IMG/VR virus record: IMGVR_UViG_3300042988_001200 | DNA: 64,000 nucleotides | Direction: 5' to 3' (one strand) | DNA from: a virus | Taxonomy: Duplodnaviria; Caudoviricetes | In this document: positions 18,219 to 27,776 of the stretch, one piece after another | Numbering within the stretch: position 1 is the stretch's first letter | How the letters are laid out: each line of letters opens with the position of its first letter | The notes under the pieces: generated by a model | The model's input: the letters and a program-made list of their open reading frames with translations, nothing else | The model's database searches: none | What the model was told of the DNA's origin: nothing | Program-made: the position numbers and the translations under genes

Positions 18219-18841
18219 AAGGTTATTTGAATACTAAACTCCCCTTTTTCATTAATGAAACTTATAGTTCCCTTTATTATTTCTACTATAAAACTAACTA
18301 TATATAGCCCTAGACCTACACCTTCTGTATTTAAATCTTCCTTTTTAAAGGGTTTAGATAGATAAATATTAAAGGATTTATCTATCTTTTTATTATTACT
18401 TTTGTAATCTATATAGAGCTTATCCTTTACTTTATAAGTATTAATACTTATAACAGTAACTTGTTCCTCTTTAAATTTAAAGCTGTTATCTATTAGTTGT
18501 TCTATTAGAAGTTGAAATAATAGATAATCACTTTTAATAATAAAAGAATTAATATTTAATTTATATAGTTGATTATATTTATAAAGAGTTTCATTAACAA
18601 TATCTTTAATATTAAACTCTTTATAAATAACTATGTGTTCTTTTATTTTATTAACAACTTCTAGTTGAGTTATATATCTTTTTATTCTATTGTTATTAAA
18701 CTCTATCTTATGAATAAAAGCATCTCTTTCTTCACTGATTATACTTTTATTTCTTAATATATATAAATTATTATTTATATTTCTATATATTTGATTAAGA
18801 GTATGAAGAGATAGAAAAGTAAAGTCTGTTGGTTCTATCAT
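18215..18841 (-). CDS. Sensor-less histidine kinase core (HisKA + HATPase_c), degenerate G1 box
   Basis: H-box-like FTFLSLH13, N box LIDNSFKF, F box SKPF, G2 box GVGLGLYIV. No DxGxG motif. Confidence 0.8.
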   Translation of the reverse strand: MIEPTDFTFLSLHTLNQIYRNINNNLYILRNKSIISEERDAFIHKIEFNNNRIKRYITQLEVVNKIKEHIVIYKEFNIKDIVNETLYKYNQLYKLNINSFIIKSDYLLFQLLIEQLIDNSFKFKEEQVTVISINTYKVKDKLYIDYKSNNKKIDKSFNIYLSKPFKKEDLNTEGVGLGLYIVSFIVEIIKGTISFINEKGEFSIQITL

Positions 18842-18857
18842 TGATTTAAATAATAAA

Positions 18858-18885
18858 TTATAGGTAGAGTAGTCTCTACCTATAA
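18858..18885 (-). terminator. Hairpin, probable terminator after the helicase gene
   Basis: 12-bp stem TTATAGGTAGAG/CTCTACCTATAA, 4-nt loop, T-rich tail on the minus strand. Confidence 0.6.
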
Positions 18886-18901
18886 CATTATAGATATAAT
18901 A

Positions 18902-20068
18902 TTAAGCCCATTGAGAGTAGATAGGGTCAATATAGTTAGACCTAATAAACTCCTTTTTAGTGCCTACAAATCTAAGGAGAGATGGACTCTTTACTCTAGA
19001 TAAGATTACATATAAAGCTCCATGAAGCCTTCTTAAGAAGTAGTCTCCTAGTTTACATTGAAGAGTAGAGTCTAGAGTAAGACCTTGGCAAGCATGTACT
19101 GTAAGAGCATATGCCGGTTTAAGTGGTAGATACTCTACTGAACCTACTATACCTAAAGGAGTTTCATTATAAATAGTTTTATATTCAATATCTACTTCAG
19201 CTCCAATAGATAGTTTCACTTTTACATAATCTTTAGCTAGTTTAATTACAGTCCCTATAGAACCATTAGAGTAACCCTCCTTTAGATTATTAGTCATAAT
19301 AATAACCTTACAGTTAGGTTTTAGATATAACTCTTTAGGTATCTTAGAGGAAACAGGAGGAGGATTCCCCTTAGTGTAATAAGTATACTTAGTAAATCTT
19401 CCTTTAAGTTCTAGTAGTTTCTGATAGTTATAGCTATGGACATCAGCATTCTTAGAAAATATAGTAGTTCCCTCAATACTAGAATCTAACTCTTTATGGA
19501 AAGCTCCTATCTCCTCTAACCAATCAGCACACTCTGTAGCTTCACCCATTCTTATCTTATTAAGTAGTTCGATAAAAGTGGGGTCTGATTGTCTATGTAC
19601 TGTAGATAACTTTTCTATTGTAAATCTAGACCAATTAACACTCTTAAAGGCTGGTAGTACAGGATAATCCTCTTTACCAGTAACTACTATAGGTAGTTGT
19701 AGGAAGTCTCCTACTAGAGTTAGACCCAGGGGTTTATTAGATATATCGTTATTAAAGTTATCTAAAGCCGCTAAGATTAAATCTAGTTGAATAGCGTTTA
19801 GCATAGATACTTCATCTATACAAATACCATCATATCCCTTAGATATATATCTAAGATTTTTATTAATAGCTCCAGTCTGTACTTTCTTAGATAAATCTTC
19901 TACATCAAAGAAACCTAAAATACTATTAATAGTCTTGCCATTACCTAATAAAGCAGCAGAACCTGTAGTAGCAGTTCTATATAAACAACTAGGGTTTTCC
20001 TCTAGAAGTTTATTTATATGAGTGCTTTTACCACTCCCAGCAGGACCTACTATAACTTTAAATTCCAT
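18902..20068 (-). CDS. SF1B helicase, Pif1/Dda/RecD-like
   Basis: GPAGSGKS, DEVSM, GDFLQLP, HRQSD, YALTVHACQG, YVILSRVK. Confidence 0.92.
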   Translation of the reverse strand: MEFKVIVGPAGSGKSTHINKLLEENPSCLYRTATTGSAALLGNGKTINSILGFFDVEDLSKKVQTGAINKNLRYISKGYDGICIDEVSMLNAIQLDLILAALDNFNNDISNKPLGLTLVGDFLQLPIVVTGKEDYPVLPAFKSVNWSRFTIEKLSTVHRQSDPTFIELLNKIRMGEATECADWLEEIGAFHKELDSSIEGTTIFSKNADVHSYNYQKLLELKGRFTKYTYYTKGNPPPVSSKIPKELYLKPNCKVIIMTNNLKEGYSNGSIGTVIKLAKDYVKVKLSIGAEVDIEYKTIYNETPLGIVGSVEYLPLKPAYALTVHACQGLTLDSTLQCKLGDYFLRRLHGALYVILSRVKSPSLLRFVGTKKEFIRSNYIDPIYSQWA

Positions 20069-20097
20069 ATTTAACCTATATAAGTTGTAAATAATAG

Positions 20098-20127
20098 TAT
20101 CCTCCTTCCATTACTAGAAGGAGGATA
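20098..20127 (-). terminator. Intergenic hairpin
   Basis: 11-bp stem TATCCTCCTTC/GAAGGAGGATA just after a stop codon. Confidence 0.5.
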
Positions 20128-20140
20128 TACCTATTAAATG

Positions 20141-21313
20141 TTACCAGTTCTCATCATCTTCTTCTACATATGTAGCAGTAATGCTACTTTCAATAGAAGT
20201 GGGAGTAGATACAGGATATGGAACATTCTTAATCTCTAAATTAGGGATAGAACCTTTCCATAAGGACATAGCCTCCTCATATTCTTTATCGTTATGAGAT
20301 AAACGCTGGTGAATAGCTACAATAGGTTTCATACTAGGAGTATTGTCTTTGTTGTAGTATCTCTTAGCAACTATTTGAATAGGAGTCCAAGCTAGATTCA
20401 TTCTAGGGTCTCCATCCTTAAGAAGATTAGGTTTCTCATCCTTCTCAGTAGGTTCATATCTTAAGGACTTATGGTACTGAGTAATATTCTGAATACGAAG
20501 ATTAGATTCTGTATGCCAACCTCTAGATAAACTACTACCAGTTAATCTAATGGCTACAATAAAGGGTTCTACTGTAGAGCCATCTGCATATTTTAGTTGG
20601 CTAACACTTCTATCCTTAACACTAAATTGTTCTACTCCATTAACAGTTTTAGCTACTACGATAGGGATACCAGTTACTACCATATATAGAAAACCAGTAA
20701 CTTCACATTGATGTTGTTTACCCTTTTCATCCACTTCTAAGGATTTACCACTAGTAATACAATCTGCACACATCTGACCTCTAGAACCCATAAGACCTAG
20801 AGCTTGTACTTCATTAGAGGGTTGATTATAAGTCTTATTCTTAATACTATCCCAGTTATACATAGTATTAAAGGGAATCTTAGGGAGAGTATTAATTAAA
20901 GTTCCATTATATTCACTAGCTATTACACTACAAATATTATGGAACTTCTTCTCCTCACTGTTATACCACTTAATCCCTGGTTGAAGTTCAATAAGAAAGG
21001 GAGTACCAGTAAATCCAAGGATAGAAATAGGTTCCTCTTCTTTATTATAAAGTTTTACCTCTTTATCTGAACCTTTAGGAGCTAGAGGGTCATTTAAAGT
21101 AAATAGGTCATTTAGAGTAGCTAGTAGAGCCCAGGGTTTATCATCCTTTACTTTCTCAGAGGGATATACGTAAAAGGGATAAAGGTTAGAGGTAGAAGAT
21201 TTAAAATTATCAACTGGTGCTGGGTAATTACTAATATGCTCTCCTAATAGGTCATCTGAGGATGTAGGAATAAAAATTGAGCTAGAACCATCTTTCTTAA
21301 TAATGTTAGACAT
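20141..21313 (-). CDS. Candidate ssDNA-binding / annealing protein
   Basis: Lies in the replication block, ends in an acidic-aromatic tail YVEEDDENW and has CADC...C. The likely start is MSNII at 21313 after AGAGGT (the tracked ORF starts at 21340). Confidence 0.4.
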   Translation of the reverse strand: MSNIIKKDGSSSIFIPTSSDDLLGEHISNYPAPVDNFKSSTSNLYPFYVYPSEKVKDDKPWALLATLNDLFTLNDPLAPKGSDKEVKLYNKEEEPISILGFTGTPFLIELQPGIKWYNSEEKKFHNICSVIASEYNGTLINTLPKIPFNTMYNWDSIKNKTYNQPSNEVQALGLMGSRGQMCADCITSGKSLEVDEKGKQHQCEVTGFLYMVVTGIPIVVAKTVNGVEQFSVKDRSVSQLKYADGSTVEPFIVAIRLTGSSLSRGWHTESNLRIQNITQYHKSLRYEPTEKDEKPNLLKDGDPRMNLAWTPIQIVAKRYYNKDNTPSMKPIVAIHQRLSHNDKEYEEAMSLWKGSIPNLEIKNVPYPVSTPTSIESSITATYVEEDDENW

Positions 21314-21323
21314 TAGATTACCT

Positions 21324-22091
21324 CTAAATTGATAAAACAAACTCTAAAGTGGAATTATAATTATTACTCTTGTCTATTTCTATAGAAGTATCTACTAATA
21401 ATAAATACTCCTTTAGATTATCTCCATAAGTAATAACCTTGTCTCTAATTAAAGAGAAGACCTGTTGATACTCATCCTTAATCATTCTATAGATAATAGG
21501 AGGATGAATATCTGTACCAATAAACATTAACCATAACTCTTTGTTTGAACTTTCATATAATATCCTTCTCCCTTTCTTTGAACCCATGTACTTAACATAA
21601 GACCTAAGATTACTATTTATACCTTCATATTTAGTTCTTAACTCCTCTTCTGTTAATAAACCCTGTTTCTCTTTATATAAAATAGCTAGAACATCTATTT
21701 CTAACTTAACCTTACTTGGATAGTTATAGTATCTATCTATAAAATAATCATACGCTTCTGGAGTTAATATTTTTCTTAATCTCCCTATCCATTTATTATA
21801 CTCTTTTAAATCTATTTTTAGAATCTCTATCCAATTCTTTTCTTTTACTAGTTTTTTCCAACCCTTACCTATAGACTCTAAAAGTATATAAGTATTATTC
21901 CCTTTTATATGCTCAATAGAAGTTAAGTCTATAGAACAATACACTATATTTGTTGAGTTAGGAGTACATGTAACTATCTCTAACTCCCCCTTTGTCTTTA
22001 TAGCATTATTACTTGTATAACTAAATGAAATCTCTCTACTATTTAAATATTCAATAAGAATATTTGATGAATAGTTAACTAGATATATCAT
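21324..22091 (-). CDS. Clamp-loader delta (HolA)-like subunit
   Basis: AYDYFIDRYYNYPSKVKLEIDVLAILYKEKQGLLTEEEL resembles the HolA lid region. Adjacent to the DnaX-like gene. Confidence 0.55.
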   Translation of the reverse strand: MIYLVNYSSNILIEYLNSREISFSYTSNNAIKTKGELEIVTCTPNSTNIVYCSIDLTSIEHIKGNNTYILLESIGKGWKKLVKEKNWIEILKIDLKEYNKWIGRLRKILTPEAYDYFIDRYYNYPSKVKLEIDVLAILYKEKQGLLTEEELRTKYEGINSNLRSYVKYMGSKKGRRILYESSNKELWLMFIGTDIHPPIIYRMIKDEYQQVFSLIRDKVITYGDNLKEYLLLVDTSIEIDKSNNYNSTLEFVLSI

Positions 22092-22100
22092 TTATTTATA

Positions 22101-23408
22101 TTAGGAGTAATAAAGTTTAAGAGAGGATATAGATTTAATTAGTAAGAAAGGAATATCCTCTTCATTGAGATTAATAGATTTCTTATATAAAGACATAGGA
22201 GATAAAGGTTCTTTAGATACTTTTTCTAATTGAGTGGCTATATCAGTTATATTCATGGACTCTTCTTTAATATCTTCATCCTTAATACAGTCTTCCTTAA
22301 TATAATCTTTAGAATCTACCTCTTCTATAGTCTCACTCTTTAACTCTATCTCAACTCTTGGAATAGATTCTTCCTTAATAGATATAGATTCTTTAAAAGT
22401 ATCAATAGGTAGAACTGAACATAGAGCTGCCTCTAATGGGTATTTATGCTTACATCCAGACCAATGTATAAGAAGAGATAGAAGGGCTCTAGTATATGTA
22501 GTGGAAGGTTGTTTTATTAAATCTTGTATAAGCAGGTCACATATAGTTCTATCATTACTAGAGGTTCTCCATTGATTTATTAGATTAGTAATTATAGAGT
22601 AGTTTCTTTCTTTAAGAGCTATAAAGAGTTCTTTCCTTTTATCCTTAGTAGCTCCCCCTCCCTTTAGTTCATATATAAGATCTGGAGTTATATCTTTAAT
22701 AGCGTATTGAGGATATAAGCATTCTAATATACTCCAGGCAACCCTCATTCTATTATTAGAGAACTGAGCTATAGCCTCTGCACTTTCTGGATTAAGGTCT
22801 GGATAACAGGTTAATAATCTATTACATATATCTACATTACTATTAGGGGTAAGATTAATTTCTAGACATCTACTTTTAAGAGCTTCTAATACTGTTTTAT
22901 TACTCTCTTCCATAGATACAAGTATCCATGTAGTAGATAAGGGGGCCTGTTCTAATGCTGGAAGTATAAGTCCCTGAGCGGCTGTAGAAGCATTTTGAAA
23001 CTCATTAATAATAATTACCTTTCTTCTTATGCCACTTTTAGAGTTATTAAAATAGGGATTACTATAGCTTTCTACTATTAGATTATTAATCTTATCTTTA
23101 GCTTCTGTAGCATCTGTAACATTATATTCATATATATTTAATCTATCCTTACCTAGACAGACATCACATTCATTACAAGGATTATAATCATCAGCCTCTC
23201 TATTTCTACATAATAGACTTTTACTCCATATATTAACTAAAGAAGTCTTACCAGAGCCAGGGGGACCATCTATCCATATTCCTCTAACTGGTAGATTCTT
23301 TTGTATCTTATATTGTAGAGTCTTAATATAAATATCATTACCTAGATAGTCTGACCAATTAGAAGGTCTATGTAATTCAGCTAGAGAGTTGTGTATAGGA
23401 TTTGACAT
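22101..23408 (-). CDS. dnaX: Clamp-loader AAA+ subunit, DNA pol III gamma/tau-like
   Basis: HRPSNWSDYLGN, GPPGSGKTS, C...PCNECDVC zinc module, IINEFQ (Walker B variant), KSRC. Confidence 0.88.
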   Translation of the reverse strand: MSNPIHNSLAELHRPSNWSDYLGNDIYIKTLQYKIQKNLPVRGIWIDGPPGSGKTSLVNIWSKSLLCRNREADDYNPCNECDVCLGKDRLNIYEYNVTDATEAKDKINNLIVESYSNPYFNNSKSGIRRKVIIINEFQNASTAAQGLILPALEQAPLSTTWILVSMEESNKTVLEALKSRCLEINLTPNSNVDICNRLLTCYPDLNPESAEAIAQFSNNRMRVAWSILECLYPQYAIKDITPDLIYELKGGGATKDKRKELFIALKERNYSIITNLINQWRTSSNDRTICDLLIQDLIKQPSTTYTRALLSLLIHWSGCKHKYPLEAALCSVLPIDTFKESISIKEESIPRVEIELKSETIEEVDSKDYIKEDCIKDEDIKEESMNITDIATQLEKVSKEPLSPMSLYKKSINLNEEDIPFLLIKSISSLKLYYS

Positions 23409-24108
23409 AGTTTTCTACTAGAGATTTAACTAATAAAAGGTCCTGTATTAAACACCATTTAGGGTCTCCTATAATAGGTTCTAGTATCTCTCCTGGACCT
23501 CTAGGCATAGTAATTCCATCTGTTCTCCTTTTATAAAAAGTCTTGACCTCTCTAACACTATATCTACTACCTTCTATAAAGTTATTACATACTACTACTG
23601 GATGAGACTCATAATACAATATAGTTCTTCTTAAATCCTTTATCTTAGCTTTATCACCAAAGAAGGAGGTTACAGCTTTAGAACCAGAGAGTAGTATAGG
23701 TACATTAGGATTAACTATACTAAGGTCTTTATTAACCCAATCCTTGCAAGCCAATATATGTTTATTAGATATCTCCTTATTCTTCCTTTCTTCTTTATCA
23801 AAGGGTAAGCATCTAATAACATTTCCCATTAATATATGATGAGTTATTGGTTTATAAGTAATGGGAATGTCACTATCTTCCATTACTTTATCTATAGTTT
23901 CTCTAAAGAATTTACCAGCATTATATATATGAGACTGGGGAGATGGGAATAAAACCTGGTTGTTTCTCTCCTCTTCTTGTCCTGGATAATCTGAATAAAC
24001 TACTAAGATAGCCTTAGAAAACTTGTTTAAACAATGGGAGTGTACTGCTTTACCTGTCTGTAAGTTACATTTATTACAGTCTCTATCGCCATTTGGTGTT
24101 CTATACAT
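23377..24108 (-). CDS. Family 4 uracil-DNA glycosylase-like protein (divergent)
   Basis: CNKCNL, SDYPGQEE (compare GEAPGxxE), NVIRCLP, LAC give the Fe-S Cys pattern. The usual HP motif is not seen. Confidence 0.7.
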   Translation of the reverse strand: MYRTPNGDRDCNKCNLQTGKAVHSHCLNKFSKAILVVYSDYPGQEEERNNQVLFPSPQSHIYNAGKFFRETIDKVMEDSDIPITYKPITHHILMGNVIRCLPFDKEERKNKEISNKHILACKDWVNKDLSIVNPNVPILLSGSKAVTSFFGDKAKIKDLRRTILYYESHPVVVCNNFIEGSRYSVREVKTFYKRRTDGITMPRGPGEILEPIIGDPKWCLIQDLLLVKSLVENYVKSYTQLSS

Positions 24109-24124
24109 ATACTTCTCCTATTAA

Positions 24125-24163
24125 ATAAAAGAGCTATAAGTCTTATTTATATAGCTCTTTTAT
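24125..24163 (-). terminator. Rho-independent terminator-like hairpin
   Basis: 14-bp stem ATAAAAGAGCTATA/TATAGCTCTTTTAT. Confidence 0.65.
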
Positions 24164-24175
24164 ATCATTTATTAC

Positions 24176-24727
24176 TTAATTAGTAGAACCAAATCCACCT
24201 CTATTCTCTTTAATATCCCAATCTTCAACTACTTGAACTAAGGGGTTATGTAAAGAATGAATGATTAATTGAGCTACTCTTTCTCCTTTAAGAATAAATA
24301 TAGGGGAGTCATAAAGGGATATTAGAGGTAATAGAATCTCATCATTAGGTCCACAATAAGAGTAATCTATAACCCCTACATTATTAATAAGTGACACTCC
24401 TAGCTTACTAGAGGTACTACTACGAGGATAGATTCCATACCAACAGGGCTCCTCATTCTTAATAATAATCCCAGTTTTTACTAGATTTAACTTATATTTC
24501 TTCCTTTTGATATAGTCTTTACCTACTAATCCTAGAGATTCTAACTGTGGAAGTAACTCTTTATTCTCTAAACTAATAATCTTTATATATTCATATTCAA
24601 ACTTCACATCCTTAAAACTAGGGATAATACAATCTTCTGCTACACAAATATCATATCCACAATCTGTAGGAGAGGATTTAGATAATTGATTAGAGGGACA
24701 ATGAGGTAGTTTAAATACTTTAAGCAT
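24176..24727 (-). CDS. dut: Trimeric dUTPase
   Basis: GYDI, PRSS, GVIDYSYCG, RVAQLI, RGGFGST (motifs 1-5). Confidence 0.92.
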   Translation of the reverse strand: MLKVFKLPHCPSNQLSKSSPTDCGYDICVAEDCIIPSFKDVKFEYEYIKIISLENKELLPQLESLGLVGKDYIKRKKYKLNLVKTGIIIKNEEPCWYGIYPRSSTSSKLGVSLINNVGVIDYSYCGPNDEILLPLISLYDSPIFILKGERVAQLIIHSLHNPLVQVVEDWDIKENRGGFGSTN

Positions 24728-25046
24728 CTATATTACTAGGTAAAGAACACATTATAATGGGAATTTGATTTAGATAACAATAACTATAAGGAATTATATA
24801 ATCATAGTTCAGGGGTTTATTTTTTCCTATCCTTAAAATAATAACTAAATCTTTATCTATAAAACTATAATTAAGTTTTATAGATTTATTTATTATTTTA
24901 TCTATATCTATAGGATATGAGTTGAATAAACTAGAGCTTATGGTTATATCCTTTTCATTTATCTTAGGATAAGTTCCTTTTATGATTTCTATAACATCTT
25001 TATATTTAACTTTAAGGTGGGAAGGGTAGAATAGACCTACATTCAT
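24720..25046 (-). CDS. Hypothetical protein
   Basis: 108-aa ORF overlapping both neighbours. Confidence 0.55.
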   Translation of the reverse strand: MNVGLFYPSHLKVKYKDVIEIIKGTYPKINEKDITISSSLFNSYPIDIDKIINKSIKLNYSFIDKDLVIILRIGKNKPLNYDYIIPYSYCYLNQIPIIMCSLPSNIDA

Positions 25047-26200
25047 ACTAGATAAAAAGAGGGACTAATTAAACCAGTTGGGTGTCCGTTGAAATTAATA
25101 GAAGGATTAATAACTAACCATATAGATTCTAGAGTATTAATATCTACTTCTGTATTTTCTTCATGGGATACAAGTTTAAGAGATAAATTATGGTTATTAA
25201 GTTTAAGTGTGGATAGAAGTTTAATTAGAAAAGAACTATTTATATCTATATTCTTCCATTGTCCTGTTAGAGATAGAAGTTGTATAGCTGCTGGTTCAGT
25301 GGAATATTTCCCTTTAATATTTAATTCTCCATTAGATAAAGATAGAGATAGAACATCAATAGGAGATAACCCAGTAGATTGCCAATCGCATGCAGCTAGT
25401 AATTGTTGATATGATATCTGTATCTCTCCTAGTGGTTGTAGGTCCATTAAGTAATTATTAATTTTATATTCACTACTTAGACTAGGAACAGACCTGAATA
25501 TAAAGTTAATTCTCTCTGTTACTATTTGAAATATATCAGGATACTGAGATTTATATAAAGAAAAGTGTTCACTATTCTTTATAAAATCAGCTATATACCT
25601 CTTGATAATAACCTCTGTAGAGTTAGAAGGATTGTCATCTAAGTTCTGTGTATATCTAATCATAGAGTTTCCTAATGGGTCTCTACACATAAATCTAATA
25701 GTAGAAGACTCTATATTTATATTAATAAGAGCCTCTTTATTAGAGAAAGAGACAATGTTATTAAATAGAAAGGGGGTCTCTACATTATCTATAATAATAG
25801 GTTCCCAATCTATCTCCTTAGATAAAGGGCTATCTTCAAAGGGAACTCTCTCTTTAGAATATTGATAAGTAGGCTTTTGGATAGTACCTAATGACAATAA
25901 ATCAAAGGTAATAGTATCCTTATTCCCAATAATATATAGCTCTACATCATTAGGTAATCTCTTTACTAGTTCGGATATATAGTTAGATTGAACTAATATA
26001 TGCCCCTCTTCTATACAGCTTCCAGTTAGTTTAAGGATTACATTATGACTATTAGAGTTAACTACTTGTGCAAATATCCCATCCTTTGTACTCTTAATAG
26101 CTATACACAACTCTTCAATACAACTATTCATATCATTAACTAAAGGTAATAGCTTAGCTAAATAGTTCTTTAGTTGAGTAGATGTTGTTTGAATCTTCAT
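25043..26200 (-). CDS. dnaN: Sliding clamp, DNA pol III beta-like
   Basis: 385 aa (typical beta length). N-terminus MKIQTTSTQLKNYLAKL and EGHILVQSNYISELVKRLP match beta domain I. Context next to dnaX. Confidence 0.7.
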   Translation of the reverse strand: MKIQTTSTQLKNYLAKLLPLVNDMNSCIEELCIAIKSTKDGIFAQVVNSNSHNVILKLTGSCIEEGHILVQSNYISELVKRLPNDVELYIIGNKDTITFDLLSLGTIQKPTYQYSKERVPFEDSPLSKEIDWEPIIIDNVETPFLFNNIVSFSNKEALININIESSTIRFMCRDPLGNSMIRYTQNLDDNPSNSTEVIIKRYIADFIKNSEHFSLYKSQYPDIFQIVTERINFIFRSVPSLSSEYKINNYLMDLQPLGEIQISYQQLLAACDWQSTGLSPIDVLSLSLSNGELNIKGKYSTEPAAIQLLSLTGQWKNIDINSSFLIKLLSTLKLNNHNLSLKLVSHEENTEVDINTLESIWLVINPSINFNGHPTGLISPSFYLV

Positions 26201-26210
26201 ACTTTACCTC

Positions 26211-26666
26211 TTATAAATACTCTTTTAACTCTTCACTTAATACCGATTCATCTTGCTGAGATTGCTCATATTTAATTAAAGAGAAGTTCTGTATTATAGA
26301 TGAACAGTCTAGAATAATAGATAAATGTTTATTAAACTCTTCTATTACTTGTTTACATTTCTTATTTATTTTTTCTATATCTATATAATTAAAATGGGAA
26401 ATAGCTACTATCTTTATTCTTTCATCTTCTAAATTGAGAGATAGAGTAGCATTACTAGGTCTTAATGTTAATAAAGATATAAGTAATGGGGTGGGAATAT
26501 TATACTTAAGGTCTATTAATGGTAGTTCAAAGTATGAGTTTTCTTCATTTATATGTATAGATATTACATATTGGTTATCTAATAACTTAATAACTTGTTG
26601 GTTATTAGAGGATTCTATAGAGAATTTATAGTTATTAAGAGAGGAAATAATAGATTGTAAATCCAT
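26211..26666 (-). CDS. Hypothetical protein, possibly YbjN/CesT-like fold
   Basis: 151 aa with an alpha-beta3-alpha-beta2-alpha pattern judged by eye only. Confidence 0.3.
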   Translation of the reverse strand: MDLQSIISSLNNYKFSIESSNNQQVIKLLDNQYVISIHINEENSYFELPLIDLKYNIPTPLLISLLTLRPSNATLSLNLEDERIKIVAISHFNYIDIEKINKKCKQVIEEFNKHLSIILDCSSIIQNFSLIKYEQSQQDESVLSEELKEYL

Positions 26667-26674
26667 ATTTATAT

Positions 26675-27601
26675 TTAGTGAATCCAGGATAAACCTATAT
26701 TAACAGAGGCTTTAGAAGGGAAATCCTCATTAATTAAAGGAGAAAGTAGATAGGATTGAGCTTCCTCCATTAAGGATTTAATAAGATTAGCTTTATTCTT
26801 TACTTCCTCTGGTATAACAATCTTTAATGTATCTTCTTTTTCCCCTTCTATAACATTCATATTAGGTGGGGGTCCTGGAACTAATAGATTAATCTCATCA
26901 TGTACACATATAGAAGCTGGAAAGATAATATCTTGTAATCTAGGGTCTTCTTCTATATATTTAAGTCCTAACTTAATCATAATATTGCCAGTACCCTGGA
27001 TAATAGCATTAGGGCCCTTTCTACCTATAGCATTAGCATTAGAAGCTCCCTTAGCATTATCCTCTCCTACAAATATTAATCTATTACCTACAGTTCTTAT
27101 CCTATTAGTAATCTTAGAGGACTCTGAATGATAGTCTAACCACTTCTTTAATCCAGGGAACTTCTTAAAGTAATTATTAAGAACGACCTCCGCCTCTTCT
27201 ATAGACATTCCAAAGTCTGATGCAAATCCCTCTGCTCCTTTTCCATATATAGTAGAGAAGTTAATTATCTTACCTAACTGTCTATAGTTAATACCATCTA
27301 AACCTCCCTTAGCCATCTTAGCTACATTCCAGGGTTCTATACTCTCTAAAGCCTTATTTAATCCAATGGCAGCAACTAAATGTAAATCAGTATAAGGATT
27401 CTCATAACTCATACCAGTATCATCTATTAAATAAGGTCTCTCCCTTTCTTCTTTAAATACATCTAGGAGAGCTGAGCATTTATACTCATTAAATACAATA
27501 GCTGATACAATCCTTAACTCTTGACCAGAGAAGTCAGCAGATACCCAATAGTAACCCTCTGGAGCTATAAAAGCGTTTCTTAGATTAACTTTATATTTCA
27601 T
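26675..27601 (-). CDS. polA: DNA polymerase family A, C-terminal (palm/fingers) subunit
   Basis: Motif A SADFSGQELR, motif B RQLGKIINFSTIYG, motif C VHDEI. Confidence 0.92.
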   Translation of the reverse strand: MKYKVNLRNAFIAPEGYYWVSADFSGQELRIVSAIVFNEYKCSALLDVFKEERERPYLIDDTGMSYENPYTDLHLVAAIGLNKALESIEPWNVAKMAKGGLDGINYRQLGKIINFSTIYGKGAEGFASDFGMSIEEAEVVLNNYFKKFPGLKKWLDYHSESSKITNRIRTVGNRLIFVGEDNAKGASNANAIGRKGPNAIIQGTGNIMIKLGLKYIEEDPRLQDIIFPASICVHDEINLLVPGPPPNMNVIEGEKEDTLKIVIPEEVKNKANLIKSLMEEAQSYLLSPLINEDFPSKASVNIGLSWIH

Positions 27602-27605
27602 ATCT

Positions 27606-27773
27606 TTAAATAAAGGGGTTATCTGATAAATAAGGTAAATCAGCTACATTATCTACTATAGAGCTTATTACCATATTTGTAATCTTAGATTTTAATATAT
27701 ATAACCCCCTTTTATTTGGCATTAAAAATAACTCTACCTTACAATTTTTATCCTCATGTATCTTATATTTCAT
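27606..27773 (-). CDS. 55-aa ORF between the two polymerase halves (not in the ORF track)
   Basis: Manual translation: MKYKIHEDKNCKVELFLMPNKRGLYILKSKITNMVISSIVDNVADLPYLSDNPFI*. It fills the gap almost exactly. Confidence 0.55.
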   Translation of the reverse strand: MKYKIHEDKNCKVELFLMPNKRGLYILKSKITNMVISSIVDNVADLPYLSDNPFI

Positions 27774-27776
27774 AAT

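Noticed and set aside
27602-27776. Group I intron or split intein at the polymerase break
   Set aside because: The gap is only 175 nt, is filled by a small ORF, and shows no recognisable intron core. Neither half has intein terminal motifs.
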